64,000 nucleotides of DNA from Leptospira sp. GTDB taxonomy: Bacteria; Spirochaetota; Leptospiria; Leptospirales; Leptospiraceae. Location of the stretch: positions 128,001 to 192,000 of the forward strand of contig JAWXAQ010000030.1 in NCBI GenBank assembly GCA_034439575.1, in the 5' to 3' direction. This document shows positions 50,916-60,910 of this stretch, one piece after another (within the stretch, counting starts at the first letter, position 1; every line of letters begins with the position of its first letter). Below the pieces are notes generated by a model, which did not search any database, had not been told where the DNA came from, and saw nothing but the letters and a program-made list of their open reading frames with translations. The translations under genes were made by a program, and so were the position numbers.

Positions 50916-52361
50916 GTGACTTATTTCAAAAACCTCCCTTCTATCATTTGGCTTAGTTTTTTATTATTTTTCCTTTTACAAATTGGAAATTGGGGGCCTC
51001 TTTTTGACCAAGACGAAGCCGCGTACGCAGGATTCGCCAAACAGATGCTCAAAACTGGCGACTATTTCACACAACAATTTCCTTTTTCAGAGCCTCACAG
51101 AAAACCGCCCTTACATATTTGGTTCACAGCCCTATCATTTCATATTTTTGGAATCAATGAATTTGTTTTAAGAATTTTCCCTACATTATGGATCACTCTG
51201 ACTTGTGTATTTACCTACCTGATCACAAAACAGATATTTGATGAAAAGACTGCTCTCCGAAGTTTTTTCATATTAGCAACAACTCTATATTTCCCTTTAA
51301 ATGGAAAAATCTCTCTTGTGGATAGTTTGTTAACCTTTACTGAGACTTTAGGATTTTACGCATTGGTAATGTTAACTGCTCCAGATAAGAAAAAATCAAA
51401 TCTCTATATAGCCCTTTTTTGGTTTTCCATTTCCTTAGGAACCTTGGTGAAAGGACCGCCCATCTTAATTTATTTAGGTGGGATCTGTTTTGTTTTTTTA
51501 TTACATAAGAGAACTAGAAATTTAATTTTTGATCTCAAACCTTGGTTCTTTTTACCAATTGCCCTTTTACCACTTTTTCTCTGGGGTTACATTGCCTGGC
51601 AAAAAACAAATGGGGAACTCATTCGATGGATGATAGATTGGTATGTACTTCGTCGGGCTACAGATCCCGTATTTGGCCAGAGTGGACCTCCGGGTGTTTA
51701 TTTAGTTTTGTTTTTTATCACTTTGTTACCTTGGTCCATATATCTACCATTAGTTGGAAAGAAAATTTGGACGGAAACAAAAAACATTGTATTGTTTTAC
51801 AAGGGGAAGGTAGAATCAATTAACATAAATTACATGTTAATAGTATCAGGCCTTATCTTTGGTTGGGTATTTTATGAATTTATGTCAAGTAAGCTCCCAT
51901 CTTATCCTTTGGCCGCCTATCCCATACTTTCTCTTTTGATCGCGAATGCCTCATTATCGATTCAAAATCAGAAACTGTATCATTGGCTTACAAAAATTGC
52001 CATTCTACAATTTGTATTTGTAAATATTATTTTTTCTATATATTTCAATACTTTAAAAACTGACACCAAACGAATCGCAGGTGAATGGAACCAAATTCTT
52101 TCTGAAAATGATCATATCTATGCTGTTAAAAATTTTGGATTACCTAGTTTGCCATTTTATTTAAATGCTCAAATCATTGAATCTAAAGGCATAGAGTTTT
52201 CACATTCTTATAAAAAAGATTCCATACTCTTAATCGATGAGGAAAATTTTCAATTGCTTAATGCTCTCGGGATTAAAATGGATATGATCGCCACCAAACA
52301 AAAGATATGGGAATACGATAGAAATAAAAATATATTTTTAATGTTAGTGAAAATCAAATAA
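50916..52361 (+). CDS. ArnT/PMT-like polyprenyl-phosphate glycosyltransferase
   Basis: DQDEAAY, KPPLHIW, LVKGP, LLPW, SKLPSY; multi-TM. Confidence 0.9.
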   Translation: MTYFKNLPSIIWLSFLLFFLLQIGNWGPLFDQDEAAYAGFAKQMLKTGDYFTQQFPFSEPHRKPPLHIWFTALSFHIFGINEFVLRIFPTLWITLTCVFTYLITKQIFDEKTALRSFFILATTLYFPLNGKISLVDSLLTFTETLGFYALVMLTAPDKKKSNLYIALFWFSISLGTLVKGPPILIYLGGICFVFLLHKRTRNLIFDLKPWFFLPIALLPLFLWGYIAWQKTNGELIRWMIDWYVLRRATDPVFGQSGPPGVYLVLFFITLLPWSIYLPLVGKKIWTETKNIVLFYKGKVESININYMLIVSGLIFGWVFYEFMSSKLPSYPLAAYPILSLLIANASLSIQNQKLYHWLTKIAILQFVFVNIIFSIYFNTLKTDTKRIAGEWNQILSENDHIYAVKNFGLPSLPFYLNAQIIESKGIEFSHSYKKDSILLIDEENFQLLNALGIKMDMIATKQKIWEYDRNKNIFLMLVKIK

Positions 52362-52394
52362 AGAAATTTAAATTTTATAAATGAAATTGATAGC

Positions 52395-52799
52395 CTAAGA
52401 CAAAAATCGATCTGTATAATTTGGGATGGAGATTAAACAAGAACTACGAGTGCCAAAAATGAAATATCGATACTTGGCTATTATTTGATAAAAAAAATCT
52501 CTAATCAATCGTGGAATGATTTTGAAAAAAAATAATAAGTAAAAAGGAAATTTTAGTTCTCTTGTGATTTGTAAAGCTGCATCTGATTTTGAATACAGAA
52601 TGCCATCTGATAAATACAGAACAGATTCCCTCTTATCTTTTAAGGTAGGAAAGTGTTCTTGGAAATAAACGGATTGTAAGGCCGCAAATTTAAGATTGTT
52701 TTTGGCATTTGTTCTAATGAGGAACTGCACAGTTCCCGAACACAAATTGCAATCTCCATCAAAGAAAACTATTTTCTCTTTTTCATTTGCGAGAAGCAT
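52395..52799 (-). CDS. DCC-family (DUF393) thiol-disulfide oxidoreductase
   Basis: FFDGDCNLC, FAALQS, RDFFY..IAKYRY. Confidence 0.93.
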   Translation of the reverse strand: MLLANEKEKIVFFDGDCNLCSGTVQFLIRTNAKNNLKFAALQSVYFQEHFPTLKDKRESVLYLSDGILYSKSDAALQITRELKFPFYLLFFFKIIPRLIRDFFYQIIAKYRYFIFGTRSSCLISIPNYTDRFLS

Positions 52800-52858
52800 C
52801 TAATTAAGTACTATGGCAATTGATTCAAATTTCGTCAGTCCAATTTTAAGAGGCATCT

Positions 52859-54805
52859 ATGTTTACCGAATTTATAGAAGATAATTTAGCAGAAAAAGAA
52901 AAAGCTATCTATGAAAAAATAGAGGCGAACAAAGAAAAGATTAAGAATCTCCTCCTAGAACCAAATTTAACTTTTGCTAATTTTTTGAAACCTTACCAAA
53001 CTATTCATACGGAACTCTCTGACCTTAGCACAGAAATCTCTCATTTAAATTCAGTAAAAAATAGCGAAGAATCACAAAAAATCTATGCTAACATTTTACC
53101 TAAACTAACAGAGTATTATACGGATTTAGGACAAAATCAAAATATTTTTGATGCACTTATTAAAATCGAAGAAAGCGACAAAAGTTTAAATTCAGAACAA
53201 AAAAAAGTCCTTCAAAATGAAATCAGAGATTTTCGATTGTCAGGTGTTGCCCTAGCTCAAGACAAAAAAGATAAATTTAAAGAAATTCGTATCCGCCTTT
53301 CCGATCTTTCCAATCAGTTTTCGCAAAACGTTCTGAATGCGACAAATTCTTTTGAATTGATACTTGATCCAAAAGATGTAGAAGGTATGCCCGAAGGAGA
53401 ACTTATTAGTGCCAAAATGGAGGATGGAAGATATAAGTTCACACTTCATTATCCAAGTTATATTTCTTATATGACCTATGGCCCAAACCGTGAGAAACGA
53501 GAGCTTCTTTATAAAGCATCTACCACAAAAGCACCCGAAAATGGGAAGATACTTGAAGAAATTTTGAAACTCAGAAAAGAGGAGGCGGAGATTCTAGGAT
53601 ACGAAACTTTTTCTCACCTAAGTCTTGCAACAAAAGTAGCAGAATCACCTAACCAAGTTTTGACGTTTCTAAGAAATCTAGCATCTAAAGCAAAACCGAT
53701 TGCAGAAAAAGAATATGTAAGCCTTGCAGAATTCGCCAAAAAAGAAGGAATCCTAGATCTTCAACCTCATGATGTGATCTACTTTAGTGAAAAGTTAAAG
53801 AAAAATCTATTTCAATATGAAGAAGAAAAATACCGCCCTTATTTGGAAAAAGAATCCGTAGTCAAAGGAATGTTTGTATTTTTAGAATCACTTCTAGGTA
53901 TAAAATTCATAGAAGTAAAAACGAGAGTATGGCATCCAACTGTACTCTGTTATGAGATCCAAATCAAAAATGAAATAAGGGCTCGCCTATATCTTGATTT
54001 AGAAGCAAGAAAAGAAAAAAAAGGGGGAGCCTGGATGCACAATTGGAAGCCTCATTTTTTTGATGAGAACGGAAAAGAAACCTTACCCATAGCATTTGTG
54101 ATTGGAAATTTTCCACAAAGTTCTAAAGAACAGGCATCACTTCTAAAGCCTTCAGATGTTGTCACATTATTCCATGAACTCGGACATGCACTTCATCATT
54201 TACTTTCCCGCGTTGGCGAAGCTTTTGTGAGTGGTGTGAATGGAGTCGAATGGGATGCAGTCGAGTTTCCTTCACAATTTTTAGAAAACTTTGTTTATGA
54301 ACCAAAAGTTTTATCTCTATTCGCCAAACATTACCGAACGGGTGAATCTATGCCGAAAGAATTTATTGAAACGATGGTAAATGCGAAAAATTTTCAATCA
54401 GCTCTTGGTGTTGTTCGGCAGTTAGAATTTGCCATTTTTGATATTTTGATTCACTTAAAAGCACCAAATGAATCAGAAGTTCAAAACATTTTAGATGAAG
54501 TCAGAAAAGAAGTGAGTGTGATTTTCCCACCAAATTACAATAAATTTCAAAATTCTTTTTCACATATTTTTTCTGGTGGTTATGCGGCTGGATATTATTC
54601 CTATAAATGGGCAGAGTTATTATCAGCAAATGCATTCTATTCTTTTGTAGATGAAGGTATTTTTTCTGCAACCTTGGCTGAAAAATTCAGAACTACCGTT
54701 TTAGAAAAAGGAGGTTCTGAATCTGCGATGATATTATTTAGAAACTTTTATGGCAAGGATCCGGAAATAGAAGCTTTATTACGATTAAATGGAATCGCCG
54801 CTTAA
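52859..54805 (+). CDS. prlC: Oligopeptidase A (peptidase M3A)
   Basis: KKGGAWM, TLFHELGHALH, VEWDAVEFPSQFLEN, HIFSGGYAAGYYSYKWAE. Confidence 0.93.
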   Translation: MFTEFIEDNLAEKEKAIYEKIEANKEKIKNLLLEPNLTFANFLKPYQTIHTELSDLSTEISHLNSVKNSEESQKIYANILPKLTEYYTDLGQNQNIFDALIKIEESDKSLNSEQKKVLQNEIRDFRLSGVALAQDKKDKFKEIRIRLSDLSNQFSQNVLNATNSFELILDPKDVEGMPEGELISAKMEDGRYKFTLHYPSYISYMTYGPNREKRELLYKASTTKAPENGKILEEILKLRKEEAEILGYETFSHLSLATKVAESPNQVLTFLRNLASKAKPIAEKEYVSLAEFAKKEGILDLQPHDVIYFSEKLKKNLFQYEEEKYRPYLEKESVVKGMFVFLESLLGIKFIEVKTRVWHPTVLCYEIQIKNEIRARLYLDLEARKEKKGGAWMHNWKPHFFDENGKETLPIAFVIGNFPQSSKEQASLLKPSDVVTLFHELGHALHHLLSRVGEAFVSGVNGVEWDAVEFPSQFLENFVYEPKVLSLFAKHYRTGESMPKEFIETMVNAKNFQSALGVVRQLEFAIFDILIHLKAPNESEVQNILDEVRKEVSVIFPPNYNKFQNSFSHIFSGGYAAGYYSYKWAELLSANAFYSFVDEGIFSATLAEKFRTTVLEKGGSESAMILFRNFYGKDPEIEALLRLNGIAA

Positions 54806-55333
54806 AACTTTAATCACTTCCGCATAATGTTCGGCTGATTCATTTGATTTTAGAAGCGCACGAGTTTTTCTCTCCGCGTCCAAGACATAAATATATGTGG
54901 AATGATCTATTAGAGATGGATCATTTGCTTTTTCAACATAGGCGGCATATTTTTTTACAATTAATGCCGTTGTACTTTCGTTAAATGAAAGTCCTGTCGC
55001 ATTGTCAGAATAAAAATCCACATATTTTTGAACTGTATTCGGATCATCACGAGAAGGATCTATAGAAATAAAAACTATTCTAAATTTCGATTCTTCACTT
55101 AACAATAACTTTGTTTTTTTTAGTTTTGAAAGAATATTTGGACAAAAATCTGGACATTGCGTATAACCAAAAAAAACGAGAATTACAGGTTCTTTAAAAT
55201 CTTTTAATGAAATCATTTTTCCTGACTTATCGGAATAACTGAAGTCCCCACCAATTGGTAATGGGCTAAGATCCAATTTTGATTGGCAAGATAGCGCTAA
55301 AAGTATGGAAAATAGAATTAATATAAACTTCAT
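54785..55333 (-). CDS. SCO1/SenC family copper-binding lipoprotein
   Basis: FFGYTQCPDFCP, ISIDPSRD, IDHS. Confidence 0.95.
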   Translation of the reverse strand: MKFILILFSILLALSCQSKLDLSPLPIGGDFSYSDKSGKMISLKDFKEPVILVFFGYTQCPDFCPNILSKLKKTKLLLSEESKFRIVFISIDPSRDDPNTVQKYVDFYSDNATGLSFNESTTALIVKKYAAYVEKANDPSLIDHSTYIYVLDAERKTRALLKSNESAEHYAEVIKVLSGDSI

Positions 55334-55788
55334 TTAACTACCTTCGCTGTGATCTGAGTTTTAGTTTCATTAGAATAAATAAACAGAATCTGAAGCAAGT
55401 CCCCTTCTTTCAATTTTCGATTTTTTCCGATTAACATTAAATGATCCCCATTGGGTACAAAGTGAATCTCTTTGTTTTTGACAAGTGAAATGGGAAGATT
55501 CTTTTTTCTCATTCGCATAATACCCTTTTCATCTATAACGGTTTGGTGCCATTCTACTTGGTCATAACCTTCGCATTCTATTTTTGACAAGGCAGATTGG
55601 TGCGGAAGGAAACTTCCATAAGCAACCGAGGTTTTGGCATTGTCAGGTGCCAAACGAACCGTAAACATTGTTTGGTTTTTGATAAGATCCCCATTCTCAC
55701 TTTTACACGAAAATGACAAAATGAGTTGAAAAAGAATCAGAATTGCCAAATTTGTAATATTTATCTTTCGAGAAACGAGTAACATCAT
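55330..55788 (-). CDS. Copper chaperone PCu(A)C family lipoprotein
   Basis: EWHQT..MRM..GDHLML metal motif; adjacent to SCO; start uncertain (ORF track 55818). Confidence 0.85.
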   Translation of the reverse strand: MMLLVSRKINITNLAILILFQLILSFSCKSENGDLIKNQTMFTVRLAPDNAKTSVAYGSFLPHQSALSKIECEGYDQVEWHQTVIDEKGIMRMRKKNLPISLVKNKEIHFVPNGDHLMLIGKNRKLKEGDLLQILFIYSNETKTQITAKVVK

Positions 55789-56812
55789 GAAACTAATTGG
55801 AAAATGGCTCGTCGCCATTCTGCTTATCCTTACCGCTTTCCTAGTCTCTACCTACAAATGGCAGATTCCAGAATATACTTATGACCAAAGTGAAACCTTT
55901 GCGAATTTTGACGAGTACTACCAAAAAGAATTGGAGATTAGTAAAAAGGAACAAACTCGTCCCGACAACGAAGAGAAATTAGTTCGCTATAGCGATGAAA
56001 AAACCCCACTTGCGATTTTGTATGTGCATGGATTTGGAGCGAGTCGTGTGGAAGGGGAAGATATGATCAACCAAGTGGCTGAAACCTTTCAATCAAATTT
56101 ATATTATGTAAGACTTCCAGGTCACGGCACAAATGTGGAAGATCATAAAAATACTCAATTTCCAAAATACTTACAAGATGCTGAGACTGCTTTACTCATG
56201 TCGACTCAGTTAGGTGAAAAAGTAGTTTTAGTCGGCACAAGTATGGGCGGGCTTATCTCAACATATTTAGCCGCCAAACATCCAGACAAAGTAGCGGCAG
56301 TTATACTTGCTTCTCCTTTTTATGATTTTACCACTGCGGATTCAAATGTATTTCGTTTTTCATGGGGTGTATCCTTTATACACATGTTACTCGGAGAAAT
56401 TCGGAAATCTGCAGAACAAGATTCAAAAAATGAATCTTACAACTACTGGTATAGAAACCAATACTATGATGCGATTCAACATATTATGAATTTAAAACGA
56501 TTTATAGAAAAGGAAGATTCACTTTCAAAAATTGAAGATCCTATACTAATGTTTTATTTTTACAAATCCGAAGCCATCCAAGACAGATCTGCATCCGTGA
56601 AAGCGATGTTAACTTCTTTTGATAAAATCCAACATAATGGAAAAGCAAGCCCATTGAATCGGGCCGTCAAAGTAGAAGAAGGTGATCATGTTTTGTTTTC
56701 TAGATTTGCCAAAGTAGACAAACCTTTACTTTATAAAGAAATGGTAGACTTTATCACAAAAACTACGGGCGTGGAACCAGCTAAGCCTTCTTCAAAGAAA
56801 GTCAAAAGATAA
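55787..56812 (+). CDS. Alpha/beta hydrolase (esterase/lysophospholipase-like)
   Basis: YVHGF, RLPGHG, GTSMGG nucleophile elbow, GDH. Confidence 0.9.
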   Translation: MKLIGKWLVAILLILTAFLVSTYKWQIPEYTYDQSETFANFDEYYQKELEISKKEQTRPDNEEKLVRYSDEKTPLAILYVHGFGASRVEGEDMINQVAETFQSNLYYVRLPGHGTNVEDHKNTQFPKYLQDAETALLMSTQLGEKVVLVGTSMGGLISTYLAAKHPDKVAAVILASPFYDFTTADSNVFRFSWGVSFIHMLLGEIRKSAEQDSKNESYNYWYRNQYYDAIQHIMNLKRFIEKEDSLSKIEDPILMFYFYKSEAIQDRSASVKAMLTSFDKIQHNGKASPLNRAVKVEEGDHVLFSRFAKVDKPLLYKEMVDFITKTTGVEPAKPSSKKVKR

Positions 56813-58732
56813 GAGAATAGATTCGTAAAGTTCATCAATGGATATTGGTTTGGAACGAACCAATATCCTTTCTCCTTCCAAAGCCTCAGCATCCAAACCG
56901 TCAGCATTGCCCGTATATAAGACCGAAACCAATAGAGGATTTTTTGCTTTTAGTTTTCTAAGGAGAGTCAAACCATTGATATCCTTCATTCGATAATCAG
57001 ACAAAACAAAATCAGGGGCTTTCGTATTTACCGCCTCCAATGCATCAGGCGATGATTCAAATAAAATTGGTTTGATATTTTTCATAGATAACACAAGTGC
57101 CAATGAATCACGAGAAGGTTCATCATCTTCAACAATCCAAAATATTTTACCTTCTAATTTTTTCCAAACATCCTCTCTCTTTAAGTTCAGATCCGATACA
57201 TAATTTATCTCTTTATCATTCACATGTTTCGTAAGAGGTAATAAAATACGAATCACAACGATATGGTCGTTTATTTTTTCAATCTGACATTCGCCTTGCC
57301 AATTTCTGATGTATCTGTGAATCAATTGCAATCCTGCCCATCTTGATTCATCTTCTTCAAATATGGAACTTTGTAATTCCAGAAAGCTAGTAAATGAATC
57401 TGCATCAATTCCATTTAATTCTATGGATGTTATGATTCGTGATGAATGCTCATCCTCTTTTGATTCCAAAGATGTGGAAACTTTCACCAAACAATCTTTA
57501 GCTTTATCCCATGAGAAGATTGTGCCTGAAATGATTTCTCCGATAATTTTTGAAATGCGAACAGGATCGACTTTTGCCCATAATAAATTTTCTTCAGATA
57601 ACGAAAATTGAAGGTCAACAAATTTTGGTGCTTCCGCGACTAAAATCGGAATACTCGATTGAATGATCGCAGAAATATCAACGATAGAAATCACTTCGGA
57701 TTCGTTGATTTTTGAGAACCTCAATATTTTATGAATCATGGAACGTGCGCTACTTGCCGCTTGTGCAATTTTGTAAAAGTAATCTTTTAATTTATCTTTT
57801 TGAAATTCTTTTGTTTCTTCTAATAATAAATTTTCTTGGCCTAATTGGGAAAAAACATGAATCGGTTGGAGATAATTATTTAAGTCATGTGCTAAGTTCG
57901 CCGCAAGATTTCCTATTGTTTCCATTTTTTGTGAATGGAGTAAATAGGATTCAATTTGTTTTTTTTCAGTTAAGTCATCAAGGATGACATAATAAAAATC
58001 TGGTTTGCCTTTCGAATTTTTAAATATATTAGTTCTTTTGTAGATATTAATTTTACGACCATCCTTTCTAGTTAGAGTAGCTTCTCCGATTTCCAAACCA
58101 TCATCTACGATTTTAAAATATGCCAATTGGTCAGAAGAAAGATGCTCTCCTTTAACGCGCATTAAATTCATATTTGTCAATTCCGCTATCGTATAACCTG
58201 TGATTTCGGTAAATCTATCATTGATACGAAAGTATCCACCTTCCCAATCTTGCAATGCCATTCCGATGGAAGCATTTTCAAATAAACCAAGAAACAAACG
58301 CATTTGTTCCTGCACATTTTCTTCGGTTACTTTTTCATTTGTCACATCACCGACAAATCCTATCACAAGTGGGCTAGGAGAAATGTTTGGTATACTAACA
58401 ATTCGTTCATTGAAATGGAACCATTGGAGGTGCGAACGATTAGGAAATTGAAAACGCAAATTCAATTCCCTTTGTTGGTTTAAATGCAAATTGGAAACGA
58501 GACGAATTTCATCCTCGAAATATTTGCGATCCAATGGATGAACAAAGGGAATTAGATCTTCGAGACAAGTTTGTGAATTTATATTTCCGCGAAAAAATTC
58601 ATTCGCAATGTATGGATTGGTATATAGAAATTTATGGGTTTTAGCATCGAAGAGATACACTCCCCCCGAACATACTTGGGGTAGGAGTTCAAAGAATTCC
58701 ATCATTCCGCTTGCTTCCAGGTTCAACTGCAT
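56792..58732 (-). CDS. PAS-domain hybrid sensor histidine kinase / response regulator
   Basis: Two PAS domains (VHPLD; TGYT), SQKMETIGNLAANLAHDLNN H-box, C-terminal receiver (VEDD, SDYRM, SKP). Confidence 0.88.
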   Translation of the reverse strand: MQLNLEASGMMEFFELLPQVCSGGVYLFDAKTHKFLYTNPYIANEFFRGNINSQTCLEDLIPFVHPLDRKYFEDEIRLVSNLHLNQQRELNLRFQFPNRSHLQWFHFNERIVSIPNISPSPLVIGFVGDVTNEKVTEENVQEQMRLFLGLFENASIGMALQDWEGGYFRINDRFTEITGYTIAELTNMNLMRVKGEHLSSDQLAYFKIVDDGLEIGEATLTRKDGRKINIYKRTNIFKNSKGKPDFYYVILDDLTEKKQIESYLLHSQKMETIGNLAANLAHDLNNYLQPIHVFSQLGQENLLLEETKEFQKDKLKDYFYKIAQAASSARSMIHKILRFSKINESEVISIVDISAIIQSSIPILVAEAPKFVDLQFSLSEENLLWAKVDPVRISKIIGEIISGTIFSWDKAKDCLVKVSTSLESKEDEHSSRIITSIELNGIDADSFTSFLELQSSIFEEDESRWAGLQLIHRYIRNWQGECQIEKINDHIVVIRILLPLTKHVNDKEINYVSDLNLKREDVWKKLEGKIFWIVEDDEPSRDSLALVLSMKNIKPILFESSPDALEAVNTKAPDFVLSDYRMKDINGLTLLRKLKAKNPLLVSVLYTGNADGLDAEALEGERILVRSKPISIDELYESILLSFDFL

Positions 58733-58756
58733 ATTTCTTGTACCAAAGAGGAAAAT

Positions 58757-59020
58757 ATGATCCAGATTCCTATCACACTCATTCCACCGCTTGCTTTTTT
58801 CAATTTAGGTCCATGGGAAATTGCCCTAATCGTTTTTTTGGCTCTGCTTTTTTTTGGAGGCAAACGCCTTCCTTCCCTTGCCAAAGATTTAGGTTCAGGG
58901 ATCAAAGAATTTCGGAAATCGCTAATGGGTGCACCCGAAGAAGAAACATCACAAACGATTCCCCAAAATGATCCCATCGTGCAAAAAGAAGCTCCCAAAG
59001 CCAAAAAAAAGAAAGTTTAA
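58757..59020 (+). CDS. tatA: Twin-arginine translocase TatA/E subunit
   Basis: LGPWEIALI..LLFFGGKRLPSLAKDLGSGIKEFRK. Confidence 0.95.
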   Translation: MIQIPITLIPPLAFFNLGPWEIALIVFLALLFFGGKRLPSLAKDLGSGIKEFRKSLMGAPEEETSQTIPQNDPIVQKEAPKAKKKKV

Positions 59021-59029
59021 TTTTTAGCA

Positions 59030-59806
59030 TTGGCACGCGCAGTCAAACAACCGAAACTTCTCCCTCCTGAAAATTCAGAAACTCGGGAAAAATTTATGAC
59101 CCTTGGCGAACACTTAGAAGAGCTTCGCCAGAGGCTTATCTATTCGATACTGGTTGTTTTTTCTTTTATGGTGGTCACTCTATACTTTGGGAGCGAAATC
59201 CATTCTATCTTAATCACTCCCTACCGTAACGTCCTTGGACCTGAGGCTCACTTCTTTCAAATCCAACTGATGGCACCGTTTTTGATTTATCTCAAAACGT
59301 CCCTACTCTTATCTGTGTTAGTTGCCCTTCCTATTCTCTTATACATTTTATGGGGATTCATAGTACCTGCAGTTGATAAAAAGACGGAGAAGTGGGGAAA
59401 GTTTATCATTTTATTTTCAACTTTGCTTTTTTGGTCTGGGCTCGCCTTATGTTGGTTCACTGTTTTCGAAAGTTTTTTGCGAGTATTTTTAGTTGTTCTT
59501 AGGCCAGAAGGCATTGATCCTTATTTGCCTATAGATGAATATTATGATTTATTCTTTAACTTACATTTGGTGTTTGGTGCTTCTTTTCAATTACCAATCG
59601 TATTAATTTTACTAGGTAGGCTCGGCGTTTTATCATCAAAATTTTTGATTGCAAGGTGGCGGGAAAGTGTTCTCATCATCGCTGTGGTTTCAGCAGTTTT
59701 ATCTCCAGGGCCAGATGTCTTTTCGATGATGATGTTACTTCTCCCACTTACATTTTTATTTTTTCTCTCTGCTGTGATAATGTTTTTAATGGAAAAGGCA
59801 GACTAA
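59030..59806 (+). CDS. tatC: Twin-arginine translocase subunit TatC
   Basis: MTLGEHLEELRQRL, LWGFIVPA, FGASFQLP, SPGPD. Confidence 0.96.
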   Translation: MARAVKQPKLLPPENSETREKFMTLGEHLEELRQRLIYSILVVFSFMVVTLYFGSEIHSILITPYRNVLGPEAHFFQIQLMAPFLIYLKTSLLLSVLVALPILLYILWGFIVPAVDKKTEKWGKFIILFSTLLFWSGLALCWFTVFESFLRVFLVVLRPEGIDPYLPIDEYYDLFFNLHLVFGASFQLPIVLILLGRLGVLSSKFLIARWRESVLIIAVVSAVLSPGPDVFSMMMLLLPLTFLFFLSAVIMFLMEKAD

Positions 59807-60907
59807 GTGAAAATTCAAAACCTACGTCTGCGAGTCAAAATACCTATACTCATTGGATTACTCTCCTTTATTTTATTTTTGTTACATTTTTTGATTACCG
59901 AATTTGCCTTTAAACATTTCCAGAACCCTGCTGGGAAAAATCCAATGTCTTTGAAAATGATAGGATTGTATTTATCATTCGCATTTACGGGAATACTTTC
60001 TGGATTCACCTATTTTGTATTAGGTTACATTTATCAAATTTTCAATCGTGCGGCAGCAGAAATTCAAGATTTGGAAAATGAAAGTTTAGGTGATGACGGC
60101 TCGGAAGAATCCGATTTTTTAAGAAAACTAAAACTCTCCTTATTTCAGGCTCAAAATTCCACTTCTTTTCAAGTCGAAGCGACAAAAGGTCAATGGGAAG
60201 AAAGTAGATCCCTTTTAATTAATAAACTTATGCCTGATATGAATCTGCATAAAATTCAAGGTTGGGATGTGGCAATTTTTCCCAGTATGATACGCAGTGC
60301 CAATTGTGACTATATTCACATTATCCAAACTAGCGACGGTTTTGTGGGTGTATTGGCAGGCTTTGTGGAAACAGGCATTACGGAATCTGCCCAAAAATTA
60401 TTTATACACGGACTCTTTAGTGCATTCAAAGAATCTGATAAATCGACAAAAGATCTTATGGAAAATATTGAATCTTCCCTTCATGCCTTAACATTAACTG
60501 GCCTAAAGTTGAGCTTATTCGGATTAGGTGAGGAAAGAGATAAGCTACAATTTTTACATTTTATGGACATGCCTATTTTCCAATTTTCTTCGCATGGTAT
60601 CCAGGTCATCGAAGGATCTGGTGATGATTCATGGCATGCTCTGCACCCGCATGAATTTTCGATCGCAGACGGTATCGAGGTTGGCGATTATTTAGTATGG
60701 GGTACAGACAGAGCTTTGAAAGAGTTCAGTTTAACATCCTTTGAAATCATGGAAGAATTTGTAGATTATTTGTTGGACCTTAGCCCGAAATCTTCTCGTG
60801 AGATGTTACTTGCCATTGCAAAAAAATTATCCATGATGGGTAAAGAAAAACATTTAATCAATCCACTTGATAATTTAAGTATTATCGTCGTTAAACGAAC
60901 AAAATAA
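59807..60907 (+). CDS. Membrane protein with degenerate SpoIIE/PP2C-like domain
   Basis: Two TM helices; LMP..IQGWDVA..P..CDY; GDYLVWGTD; DNLSIIVV. Confidence 0.65.
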   Translation: MKIQNLRLRVKIPILIGLLSFILFLLHFLITEFAFKHFQNPAGKNPMSLKMIGLYLSFAFTGILSGFTYFVLGYIYQIFNRAAAEIQDLENESLGDDGSEESDFLRKLKLSLFQAQNSTSFQVEATKGQWEESRSLLINKLMPDMNLHKIQGWDVAIFPSMIRSANCDYIHIIQTSDGFVGVLAGFVETGITESAQKLFIHGLFSAFKESDKSTKDLMENIESSLHALTLTGLKLSLFGLGEERDKLQFLHFMDMPIFQFSSHGIQVIEGSGDDSWHALHPHEFSIADGIEVGDYLVWGTDRALKEFSLTSFEIMEEFVDYLLDLSPKSSREMLLAIAKKLSMMGKEKHLINPLDNLSIIVVKRTK

Positions 60908-60910
60908 TTT

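Noticed and set aside
54817-54844. CTTCCGCATAA, an XerC-like arm
   Set aside because: No XerD-like arm follows; inside the SCO gene.
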